A stretch of DNA of 63,787 nucleotides, counting the filler, from Octopus bimaculoides (lineage: Eukaryota): the NCBI RefSeq assembly GCF_001194135.2. It is 6 parts of 6 records of this genome, joined end to end, with 100 filler letters (N's around TTAATTAATTAA, not from the genome) between each part and the next. Parts side by side here need not be neighbours in the genome. Positions count along the whole stretch, not along the records: positions 33,789 to 53,264 come from NC_068985.1; 5 more parts are not named here. The stretch is one strand, 5' to 3'. The first letter of the stretch is position 1, and every line of letters starts with the position of its first letter. Below the pieces are notes generated by a model. It saw nothing but the letters and a program-made list of their open reading frames with translations. It searched no databases and had not been told where the DNA came from. The position numbers were made by a program, and so were the translations under genes. Below are positions 37,649 to 49,431 of this stretch, one piece after another.

Positions 37649-38178
37649 CTAGCGGGACCTGTGAATATTTCACGGAATTAATGGTAAACTTATTGGGTTA
37701 TTTCTGAAAACTTTATCCCAAAACCCTGAAAGCGTAACCTGTGCTGTGTCTGTATCAAAAGATAGTCACTCATCTGCTAATCATTGAAAAGTGAAGGAAA
37801 TTGGAATACGATGATTACTTAATGCACTGAACATATACACTTTATATACTTTATGCACAATTTCATAGACTTAATATATAACACTGTCCCTCTTTCTCTT
37901 TCACTCTTCGCCTTACTCTCTTTTCTCTTTCCTTTTTCGTTCGCTCTGCGCCTTTCCCTTCAACTAATCACGTGAAAGTGTTACAGATAGGCTAAGTAAC
38001 GGAGGGAAAAAATAGATAAAAAATTACACATTTCATTCACCACCACCTCTCCTTCCCCTCCCTTGTCTCCCCGCCTCATCTCTCACCTTCCACCCTACCC
38101 TCTTTCCCCCTCAACTAATCACGTGGAAGCGTTACGGACGGGCAAAGTAACGGAGGAACAAGCAGAATTATTATAAGA
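37649..38178 (-). mobile_element. Non-autonomous Helitron-like element
   Basis: Minus strand A|TC...CTAG|T termini, with a subterminal hairpin ccgtgaa-ata-ttcacagg just before CTAG. Internal direct repeat at about 37955-38008 and 38106-38158. Confidence 0.62.
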
Positions 38179-39107
38179 TACTCCTTTATATATCTCAGTT
38201 CAAATCATTCTGATATACCTTGCCTATAATGGTTTCTAATTTAGGCACAAGGCTAGCGCTATTNNNNNNNNNNNNNNNNNNNNNNNNNNNNNNNNNNNNN
38301 NNNNNNNNNNNNNNNNNNNNNNNNNNNNNNNNNNNNNNNNNNNNNNNNNNNNNNNNNNNNNNNNNNNNNNNNNNNNNNNNNNNNNNNNNNNNNNNNNNNN
38401 NNNNNNNNNNNNNNNNNNNNNNNNNNNNNNNNNNNNNNNNNNNNNNNNNNNNNNNNNNNNNNNNNNNNNNNNNNNNNNNNNNNNNNNNNNNNNNNNNNNN
38501 NNNNNNNNNNNNNNNNNNNNNNNNNNNNNNNNNNNNNNNNNNNNNNNNNNNNNNNNNNNNNNNNNNNNNNNNNNNNNNNNNNNNNNNNNNNNNNNNNNNN
38601 NNNNNNNNNNNNNNNNNNNNNNNNNNNNNNNNNNNNNNNNNNNNNNNNNNNNNNNNNNNNNNNNNNNNNNNNNNNNNNNNNNNNNNNNNNNNNNNNNNNN
38701 NNNNNNNNNNNNNNNNNNNNNNNNNNNNNNNNNNNNNNNNNNNNNNNNNNNNNNNNNNNNNNNNNNNNNNNNNNNNNNNNNNNNNNNNNNNNNNNNNNNN
38801 NNNNNNNNNNNNNNNNNNNNNNNNNNNNNNNNNNNNNNNNNNNNNNNNNNNNNNNNNNNNNNNNNNNNNNNNNNNNNNNNNNNNNNNNNNNNNNNNNNNN
38901 NNNNNNNNNNNNNNNNNNNNNNNNNNNNNNNNNNNNNNNNNNNNNNNNNNNNNNNNNNNNNNNNNNNNNNNNNNNNNNNNNNNNNNNNNNNNNNNNNNNN
39001 NNNNNNNNNNNNNNNNNNNNNNNNNNNNNNNNNNNNNNNNNNNNNNNNNNNNNNNNNNNNNNNNNNNNNNNNNNNNNNNNNNNNNNNNNNNNNNNNNNNN
39101 NNNNNNN

Positions 39108-39351
39108 CATTATGCCGGTAATAAACACACGCACTGGTTCAGTCCATTATTAATTTATAAACAGTATTTAGTTTTTTGTTAAATCATTTCATTGCACTCT
39201 TGCAATCTCTTCAGTAAAATAAATGGAAGTGGAGAGACAAGTTACTGAAGAGATTGCAAGAGTGCAATGAAATGATTTAACAAAAAACTATATACTGTTT
39301 ATAAATTAATAAAGGACTGAACCAGTGCGTGTGTTTATTACCGGCATAATG
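39108..39351. repeat. Near-perfect inverted repeat (arms of about 110 bp, 24-nt spacer), left arm running into the gap
   Basis: 39108-39217 is the reverse complement of 39242-39351 with only a few mismatches. Confidence 0.93.
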
Positions 39352-39758
39352 CCTCTCCCAAGGTTTAATTGTATTTCTTTCAACACACGTATCCACATCA
39401 AGAATCTTGCACACGAAATACACATACGAAAATTAGAAAGGATTTATATTGACATATAAACTTGGTTTAAATATTTGAAGCCTTCATCTAATGTTAGAAT
39501 TGGTTTTAAGTATTACGGTAGGTATCAAAATTACAAGAACACCGGAATAAACATCTTGGCGTATTCATTCTCAACCCTACCTTTGTTATTTATTTATTTT
39601 GCAAATGAGTTGGGGGTTAAATAACCAAATAAATAAATGAATAAATAAAAATGGAAAAAAACATTACTCGGCATACAAGTGCAGAAATAAGACGGAACAG
39701 CTCTCTTTAGATTTTGCAATACCAAATGACACAACTAAGTGCATGTTTGGCAGTGTTT

Positions 39759-40111
39759 AGGCGCAGGCTTAACTGTGTGGTTAGGAAGCTTGCTTTGCAA
39801 CTTGATTTCGGGTTCAGTCTCGCTACGCGGCACTTCTGCGTAAGTGTTTTCTACCAATGTCTCGTAAGTGTGGAAGCTCCTCATGTATATAAATATTTAT
39901 ATGTGTGTGTCTTTATGTCTGTGTTCATTCCCACCTGCTTGACAACCGATGTATTTCACAGAACCGCTAGGTTCTGTGAAATAGACCGATAGGATAAGTA
40001 CTGGGCTAAAAAAAAAGGGAAGAAACGTTAGTACTGCTGTTATTTTGTTCAACTAAAACGCTTCAAAGTAGTGCCCCAGCATGGTCGTAGAACAATGACT
40101 GAAGTAAAAGA
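39759..40111 (+). mobile_element. SINE family B, diverged full-length copy
   Basis: aggcgcaggcttaactgtgtggttaggaagc...cttgacaaccgatg...gccccagcatggtcgtag...aagtaaaagag. Confidence 0.85.
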
Positions 40112-40175
40112 GAGCAGATAGATGCGAGTGTGTATTGTGATGAGCGTGTGCATGATGAGTGTGTGTGTGATGAGC

Positions 40176-40206
<31 letters not shown>

Positions 40207-42779
40207 CGTGCATGTGTGTTTGTGCGCATGCGTGTATGTGTGTATGTGTGTGCGCGTGCGTGCATCTGTGTGTGTGTGCGTACGTGCATCTGTGTGTGTG
40301 TGTGTGTGCGTGCGTGCATCTGTGTGTGTGTGTGTGTGTGTGTGTGTATTCAAAGAAAGGGAAAGTGAGTGAGAGTGAGAAACAAATAAAATAAAGAAAA
40401 TGAGGGAGGTCAATGATAGGGTGCTACACACAGGGGAGAAAGAGAGAGAGTGAAAGTAAAGGGCTGAAAGTTGAAATAGTCAAGTCAGTGTGTGTGTACA
40501 TATATATGTATGTGTGAGGGAAGATAGTAGCAGAGGCAAGAACAAACAACCCGATTAAACTGTAAAAGAGAATATGAAAAGCAGCCGACAGTTTGTATGA
40601 TCGCAATAAAAATATCTGAAAAACTCCGAAAAGACGATAAAGATCTTTAACAATTGAATGAAGTTGATTTCGTGGATATACAAGGCCACAGATTTTAACA
40701 GAGAGCTGCGAATAGTGTTGGAGTTAGTGTTATGCCTTTCCCAGAATCAGCACAAGCGATGTAACTGAGTAAGCAATATGAAAGGCAACAGACGGCTTGG
40801 CGAGTGATGTACTAAAGCCTTTGAAAATAAAAATGAATTTAGATTTACATGGAAGGGGGATGTCGATGGAAAGTTGTGATGTTCATTCATGCCTGTCATT
40901 AAAGTATCCTCGATGTAACTGGATAAGAGATATCAAAAAGGCAACCGACAGCAGGCCAACGTCGCCATAAAAAAAGCGGCTATAAAATAAAAAGGGAAAA
41001 AAACACCCAAATATCATGCACTTTCAAAAATAAAATATAAATAAATGAATAAATAAATAAATAAGAACAAAAACCTCATATGAAGACACAGAAACCTGAA
41101 TTCTCCGTCTATAGAGTTATGAGAAAATGGGATATTGGAAGATACATGCTTTTAAGAAGAGTATTAACGTTTGGAGTATATAAGCAATATGGCGGATCGT
41201 GAAGCCATTTTATGGAAAGGTGAAATAAAGAAATTGTCATTAAATATCAGAAAACACCAGAGAATGGCTTACAGGACAGTGCTGTGAATATAAAGAAAAC
41301 AATCAACGAAAACTTATGCCTTTTACAATGGTGTTAGCAACGTTAGAAGATAGAGAATATGAAACGAAACTAGACTATGTTCTACAAAGAAAGGAGAAAA
41401 GCGTAAGGTGTCTAAAATCTCAATAACATTAACAAAACAATAACCATCTTAAGAAACACAGGAACAGAATCAGAAATATATCGAATGAAATGATACTGTG
41501 TGACATTCATGCCTTTTACAAAGTAATTTAACCGCAAAAATGACCAAGAACATGAATAAGAAATAATAAAAATGACAACAAACTTAGCAAACTCAATTGA
41601 TTTTTTTGGCGGTTTAGGACATTAATAAAATCTATGAAAATCCCATGAAAAGGACGACGAAGAGCTTAAAAAAGAAAGAAAAGAAAAGAAGCAAGAGGAG
41701 AAGACGAAATAGAAAAAGTGATTGAAATAAAGAATTCCTTTAGATTCCGATTTCGATGAGGAATATTTTTTTCAATATATTGACACAACTGCCATCAACA
41801 CTACAAAAATCACCACCACCACCATCATTAATTAAGTATCGAGTTTACCATATACTAAATATACTTTGTAGTCACCACAAACACATCCTCTTCTTCATTG
41901 GTGTTTTCAAAAATCGAAACTAATAAAAGATGTTGAAGGAAAAAGAAGAAAAAGAGGTAGCATGACGAGATGAGGGGTAGGGAGTACTGGTAAAAATAAG
42001 GATCAAGGAAAGATTGGAAATGAAAGAAGCGAAAAAAAGATGATAATGCTAACGATGATGATGATGATGATGATGAGGAGGAGGAGGAGGAGGAGGAGGG
42101 GGAGGACGACGACGACGACGACAGGAGGGAGGGGAGGTGGAAGAGGAGGAATAGGAAGATTGTGACGAGGACGGTCACGAAGGTATTAAAATAATAATAG
42201 TTTTATTGTTGGTTACTGTTGGTTGTGCTACTGGTGGTCGTGTTGGCGGTGGTGATGATGGTAGTAGTGCTGACGATGCCAGTGATGTAACGTGAAAGTG
42301 ACGATCATGTCCATGGTGATGATGCTGAGGATGATGATGATGATGAAGAAGAAGAAGAAGAAGAAGAAGAAGAAGAAGAAGAAGAAGAAGAAGAAGAAGA
42401 AGAAGAAGAAGAAGAAGAAGAAGAAAGAGAGACATGTTTTCCGTCACCAAACAAAAGTTTCAAGATCAGAGAAATCAAATCACGAAAAGACAATTGCTAT
42501 CCCAGTTTGGAGCTGGAAGAGATCTTCAAAACAGTGAAAGAAGAACATAGTTGCGTAGAAAAGGAGACTGAACAAGAAATGCAGTTTACTGAATTATGAG
42601 AAGAAAAAAAATAGTAGTTCAAGGAGGGAAAATATAATTATAGAGGAGGAAAAGATTTTTTTTTCAATGCTTAAATGAGACACGAATCAGGGATAGGACA
42701 AAATTACAAGCTTTGGGGGAAATAAAAAGTGAAAAATTGTGTAAAAAGACTGGATAAACTATTCACAAAATTGCAATTG

Positions 42780-43964
42780 ACAACACAACAAATGTAATTT
42801 ATTTCATGTATATATTGTGGAAATTCTAAGGATTAAAAGAGAAGTTAAAAAATGAGAGGTGCAAAATTCATGTTGAGAATTGACACTTGAGAATCGAACT
42901 GAATAGCTTAACAGAGGTCTTGGATCGGTATAGCGCTATAGTTGAAAAGGTGAAAGGATGACATAGAAACAAGCTCTAAAGAAAGTATAACATCAGAGAT
43001 GATTACAGGTAGTTTAAGGAGAGATAAGACAAAAAATTAAGGTAATATCAGGTAAAAAAAAAAAAGAAAAGAAAAATATTCGGTACCAATAAAAGCAGAC
43101 CAAAATCAGCAGATCAGAAACAATGATAGGAAATTTTACCAACTGCTGAACTATGAGAATGAATATCGGTTGTTCATTCTCAAGTAGTTGGAGATGGAAT
43201 TACATGACCAATTCATTCAGCAACCCGAGGATGCTAGAAGTGAAGAACACTGGTTGTGGCTGACAGATGGAAATCTGAAAAGAGAACCAAATCTCTTATT
43301 ATAACTGCTTAGGAACAAGCTGTTAGATTGAAATGATAAAAATTGATAAAATTCAGTCCCAGGGCAAATGCATAGTGTGTAGAAAAGGGGATGAATGCAT
43401 GAACCTCCTCTTAAGTCAGTGGAGTAAGCTAGCAGCAAAAAAACTATAAACTCGGTGCAAGTACACTGGGATCATAGCTAAGTTTATGGATTTAAAGTGA
43501 ATGGAAAATGGCATGAACGCGGCAGAGATAGTGATGGTGAGTGATAATTGCAGGATTCAATGGGATTTGTCCACAAAGACTGAAGCAAGAAGACCAGGTA
43601 CGATTGTAAAGGACAGAAAACGAAACAAAACAAAAACAAACAGTTAAGACCATATACTTTGCAATCCTATATGGTAACAGGGTGTATATCAAGGAAATTG
43701 AGAAAAGATGAGAAATAACAGGATCCAGCCAGAATAATGAAGAGGTTGTGGAACACGGTGGTGAAGATTGTCCCAGATGAAATTTGTGCACTCGACACAA
43801 TAACTAAACTAATATATAAGCGACTGAAGGGTAATGGAATCCAGACATGAATTGTTGGCCGGCTGAAAATGCAATCCTGCATCGCAAGAATCCAATGACC
43901 ACTTGCTGTCACCAAACTTCAAAATAACATCTCTGCTTATCAAATTAGAATGTAATAGTTTTTG
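42780..43964 (+). mobile_element. Decayed R4/Dong-clade LINE (C-terminal zinc knuckle + RLE) with (TAA)n tail
   Basis: Fragments ELHDQF..WLWLTDGNLKRE / SLIITA*EQA / KIDK..GKCIVCRKGDE / VHWD / IQWD..RRPG / KEIEK..K*QD..RLW..KIVP match the R4/Dong consensus. (ATA)n follows at about 43965-44030. Confidence 0.85.
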
Positions 43965-44030
<66 letters not shown>

Positions 44031-44034
<4 letters not shown>

Positions 44035-44640
44035 TCTACTGGAGGCACAAGGCCTGAAATTTGGGGGGAGGGGACTAGTCAATTACCCCAGTGTCTCAAT
44101 GGTACTTATTTCATCGACCCCGAAAGACCAACTATTTTAAGAAGAGGAAAGTCGATTATATTGACCCCAGTATTTGGCTGGTACTTTATTTTTCCAACCC
44201 CAAATGGATGAATGGCAAAATTGACAACAGTGGAATTTGAGTTTAGAGCGCAAAGAAACGAAAAATACTGCAAGGCATTTTGTTCGACGCTCTCTTGGCT
44301 TCTTATTATGGTACAAAGCCAAGAGATTTTAGTGGAGACAGTCAATTATACAGATCACACTCCTTGACCGTGTTACTTTATTTTATCGATCCTGGAATGA
44401 TGAATGACAAAGTTGACGACGGCGAGATTTGAACTCAGAACACAAAGAACCAAAATAATAATGATTTCAAATTTTGGCACAACACCAGCAATTTTAGGGA
44501 AGGCGAATTGTTGATTACATGAACTGCAGTACTTGACTAGTACTTACTTTTATCGATCCTGAAAAAGTCGACCTCGGAGAAATTTGAACTCAGGACGCAA
44601 AGAACCGAGAGGAATGCCGCTAAGCATTTTTGTCTGACGA
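44031..44640 (-). mobile_element. Cluster of four same-strand SINE family A fragments
   Basis: Repeated ggtacttatttcatcgaccccgaaag / gaatttgaactcag / gctaagcatttt motifs at about 44031, 44130, 44340 and 44465. Confidence 0.8.
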
Positions 44641-45143
44641 TCAAAAAGAACAGGGATAATAACAAACAAATACAATTAAAGAAAGAAAAAAAAAAGATAT
44701 GTTACAGATTCATCGAAAATATCTTCTAAAGTTAAGCCCTTCTTTGTCTATCCGCCCAAAAAGGCACACATATTTTAAAAGTTATAATACATTTGAAACA
44801 AAAAGGAATCCACTTTTTTTAAATTTCACGACACCATCATTCTATTTTATCTTTAAAACACACACACACACACACACACACATACGCGCGCGCACACAGA
44901 GTTACTGTTGTTAGGGTTGTTGTTGTTGTTGTTGTTGTTGCTGTTGCTGCTTTGCAAAAGATCTGGTTATGTAATTCACCAGATAATCATTCATTCGCTC
45001 TGCACCTCTTGCCTTTCTACTCACACCCCTCGCTCGCACGCTCTCTTTGTCTCAAGACTCAGACTTTTAGACTTCTTAGTGCGTGTGTGTATGTGTGCCT
45101 ATACATGTGTGCATTCATGCGTTCATACATGCACGCACACGCC

Positions 45144-45237
<94 letters not shown>

Positions 45238-45309
45238 CAGAGAGAGAGAGAGAGATTATCTATATATCTATATGCGTGTGTGTATAGATAGACAGATAGA
45301 CAGGCAGAC

Positions 45310-45413
<104 letters not shown>

Positions 45414-45464
45414 GTAAATATATATACATCTATTAATCTCGCTCTCTTTCCATAGATATGTATG

Positions 45465-45558
<94 letters not shown>

Positions 45559-45755
45559 TATACACATATATATACACATATGCATGTGCATATGAATATG
45601 TGTTCATTAGACGTGCGTGCGTGTGTGTGTGTGAGTACAAACAAACAAATATATATGCTTTTATGCTTACACTCATGCGCACCTGAATGATTACGTACAC
45701 ACATACACACATGTATGTGCACGTGGGTAAGTCTGTGCGTGAGCGTGTGCGTACG

Positions 45756-45801
<46 letters not shown>

Positions 45802-46251
45802 CATACATACAGATTACATAAGTATATGTATGCACATACGTATATGTATGCATGCATGTATGTATGTACGTATGTATGTATGTATGTATGTATGTACGTA
45901 TGTATACTTCTGTTTTCGGTTATCAACCCCACTCAATACCATAGCCTGCTACCCTCTGTTGTACCAGACGTTTTACCCGGGTAGAGTCGGGTGAGGGTAA
46001 CTGGATGTCTGCTTGGTTTCTTTGGGGATCTCCTCTTTCTTCTTGCGTTACATAAAAAGGAAATGAAATGACGTGGGTCGGAGCTTAAAGGCGGGGTGGG
46101 GGTGGGGTAGGGCGAGGAATCAACGAAAGTTGCATCATGGCGGCGCCTCTCCCCGACCCCCACCTCGCATCCCACTTTCTTTTTTTCCTCCCTTCCCTCC
46201 TCTAAATACAACTCTGTCACCCTACACTTCTTTTGACTTATCCCTTTCGAC

Positions 46252-46302
46252 CTACTACTAATACCACCACCACCACCACCACCATCTCTACTATTACTGC
46301 TG

Positions 46303-46344
<42 letters not shown>

Positions 46345-46438
46345 TCAACGTCTCTACTACTGCTGCTACTACTACTACTACTTTTACTACTACTACTATC
46401 ACCACCACCACCGCCGCCTCTACTACTACTACTATTAA

Positions 46439-46494
<56 letters not shown>

Positions 46495-46632
46495 TTACTA
46501 CTACTTTTACTACTACTACTACCACCACCACCACCACCGCCGCCTCTACTACTACTACTACTACTACTACTATTAATACTACTACTACTACTACTTTTAC
46601 GATTACTACTACCACCACCACCACCGCCGCCT

Positions 46633-46663
<31 letters not shown>

Positions 46664-46882
46664 CACATGACGATCATCATCTCTACCACAATCACTACCT
46701 CACCACACACCAACACTACCGCCGCCGCAATCATCATTAACATCGTCATCATCATCATCACCACCACCAACACCACCACCACCACCACCACTACCACCAC
46801 TACCAATACTACTATCACTCTGCATCTCTACGAACATTACCACTACCTCCCACCCCTCCCAGCACAGCTGCTGCTACTGCTG

Positions 46883-46925
<43 letters not shown>
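46252..46925. repeat. Long mosaic (ACT/ACC)n trinucleotide array with higher-order units
   Basis: Directly visible; it explains the Thr-rich and Val-rich ORFs. Confidence 0.92.
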
Positions 46926-47973
46926 CACGCCATCCACACCCACAGACATGTACCCACTCTATATTCCTTTTAATAACAGATCACGTTCTTTTCTTTNNNN
47001 NNNNNNNNNNNNNNNNNNNNNNNNNNNNNNNNNNNNNNNNNNNNNNNNNNNNNNNNNNNNNNNNNNNNNNNNNNNNNNNNNNNNNNNNNNNNNNNNNNNN
47101 NNNNNNNNNNNNNNNNNNNNNNNNNNNNNNNNNNNNNNNNNNNNNNNNNNNNNNNNNNNNNNNNNNNNNNNNNNNNNNNNNNNNNNNNNNNNNNNNNNNN
47201 NNNNNNNNNNNNNNNNNNNNNNNNNNNNNNNNNNNNNNNNNNNNNNNNNNNNNNNNNNNNNNNNNNNNNNNNNNNNNNNNNNNNNNNNNNNNNNNNNNNN
47301 NNNNNNNNNNNNNNNNNNNNNNNNNNNNNNNNNNNNNNNNNNNNNNNNNNNNNNNNNNNNNNNNNNNNNNNNNNNNNNNNNNNNNNNNNNNNNNNNNNNN
47401 NNNNNNNNNNNNNNNNNNNNNNNNNNNNNNNNNNNNNNNNNNNNNNNNNNNNNNNNNNNNNNNNNNNNNNNNNNNNNNNNNNNNNNNNNNNNNNNNNNNN
47501 NNNNNNNNNNNNNNNNNNNNNNNNNNNNNNNNNNNNNNNNNNNNNNNNNNNNNNNNNNNNNNNNNNNNNNNNNNNNNNNNNNNNNNNNNNNNNNNNNNNN
47601 NNNNNNNNNNNNNNNNNNNNNNNNNNNNNNNNNNNNNNNNNNNNNNNNNNNNNNNNNNNNNNNNNNNNNAAGAGGAGGGGAGAGGAGGAAGAGGAGGGGA
47701 GAGGAGGAAGAGGAGGGGAGAGGAGGAAGAGGAGGGGAGAGGAGGAAGAAGAGGGGAGACGAGGAGGAGACGAAGAAGGAAAAGGAGGAATTTGAAGATT
47801 AGGAAAAGGAAGAGAACGAAAGAAAAGAAGCAAAAAGGAGAGGAAAAAAGAAGAAAAAGAAGCAGAAGAAGAAGAAGAAGAAGAAGAAAAGAGAAAGAAG
47901 GAAGAAGGAAGGCAGGCGAGTACTCTAGATATTGCTCGCAGAAAATCACTTATCAGAATATGTTAAAGTGTTG

Positions 47974-48016
<43 letters not shown>

Positions 48017-48018
<2 letters not shown>

Positions 48019-48363
48019 GGGGTGACAGCGCTAAGCATTGATGTACATAAACACAAATTTATTACCAGTTCAAATAAGTTTGAGGCGCATACGAACCCTT
48101 AAGAAAGCCATTCGCTGTATTTCGTCGTAGAGAAAACTTCTCGCTGTAGATAGTTAGGTATAAACATATCATTGACCAGACAATTGGATGCATGCATTTC
48201 GGAGAGGTTATCTCCTCTTCAGTAACAGAGACTGGAAAGGCAGACTCTGCAAAACAGACGCAAGAGACGGGTCCCTCTTATGAAACTCACGTCATCGTTC
48301 AATGACTGGTTGCGCCATTCAGCCGCTCACCATAAGTAGAATACGAGGTGACAGCGCTAAGCA
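48017..48363 (-). mobile_element. 326-bp unit bounded by direct repeats, containing a hammerhead (Penelope LTR or retrozyme-like)
   Basis: ggtgacagcgctaagca occurs at 48021-48037 and 48347-48363, with a hammerhead core between them. Confidence 0.6.
48181..48228 (-). ncRNA. Minimal type I hammerhead ribozyme
   Basis: Minus strand cuguua-CUGAAGA-ggaga(uaacc)ucucc-GAAA-ugcaugca-UC-caauug. All core nucleotides are present, stem II has 5 bp, stem III is palindromic, the cleavage triplet is AUC, and stem I is imperfect. Confidence 0.75.
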
Positions 48364-48419
48364 GGTCATTTCATGGTATTACATATCACCAAATGATTTA
48401 TTCTGGGTTGGTTCCAAAA

Positions 48420-49060
48420 TACATCTCACGAATTCCTTGGGATTCATCAGTAATATTGCTTGAATCGTAAGGGGTTTCAGGCCTTTTAATATCAGCTTCT
48501 TCATTCAGTTAATCTAGTCAGAAGCGATGAAGTCCTAGTTTGCATTCAAGCACCAACGAACCTCAGATCTGCCCTATATATCCAAAGCCATCCTGTAGCT
48601 TTCTCTGCCGCTCCAGTGACAGAACGCATAATCCTAACACTTCGCTTCTCAAATCCACTCAGAACTCTACAATCTCAAAGGCGGCGAGCTGGCAGAAACG
48701 TTAGCACGCTGGGCGAAATGCTTAGCGGTATTTCGTCTGTCTTCTGAGTTCAAATTCCGCCGAGGTCGACTTTGCCTGTCATCATTTCGGGGTCGATAAA
48801 TTAAGTACCAGTTACGCACTGGGGTCGATGTAATCGGCTTAATCCCTTTGTCTGTCCTTGTTTGTCCCCTCTATGTTCAGCCCCTTGTGGGCAATGAAGA
48901 AATGAGAACTCTACAATCTCACTGGCAGCCTACACCAAAGTCTGCCTGGCAGCCTTGGTACCTGCACTCTGCATAAACAACTTTTCTTGTTTTATGTCCT
49001 AGCGTTTAACCCTGGGGCCTTGTTGTTTTATTGGTGCGAACAAGTTATTACTTCAAACGA
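48420..49060 (-). mobile_element. 3' end of a second Hero-like LINE, interrupted by a SINE
   Basis: With the SINE removed, the minus-strand translation is ...AECRYQGCQADFGVGCQ*...GFEKRSVRIMRSVTGAAEKATGWLWIYR (Hero: EAAEKASRWLW). The 3' UTR carries GAAAC...CTGATGA. Confidence 0.7.
48678..48904 (+). mobile_element. Young SINE family A insertion with perfect 17-bp TSD
   Basis: Full-length family A sequence. TSD agaactctacaatctca at 48661-48677 and 48905-48921. Confidence 0.95.
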
Positions 49061-49431
49061 TGCGTCTCCAGTGTTAGAAAGCAAAATTAAAAAGGCAGAG
49101 TAGGAATAGATACTGCAAGGTATCTTGTCCGATGATCTACACAACTCAACCAGGCCACTACACTGACTAGGTGCTTTGTTCATCAAACTAAAAAGGATAC
49201 AAGACAAAGTTAACCATAATGGGATTTGAACTCATCACGCAGTAATAGCGGAGTAAATACCACCAGCTGCTCTGTAGTACGGTCTATCATCTCAGCTAAT
49301 TCACCGCGCCAGTTAGATAAGCAGTCTCATAAGCAGAAATCATGACCTTTTTTCTTGTTAGAATCACATATGGTTTTTTAAGAAGTGGAGAGGATATGGT
49401 TGGGATCCTCCAAAATGTTCTACAAGACTAC

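Noticed and set aside
40560-41800. A-rich region suspected to be a decayed LINE ORF
   Set aside because: No diagnostic motif could be recovered by eye; a translated HMM search would be needed.
46233-46925. Mucin-like Thr-rich protein
   Set aside because: Pure triplet slippage keeps the frame open, and there is no splice acceptor or signal peptide. Kept only as a repeat-structure note.
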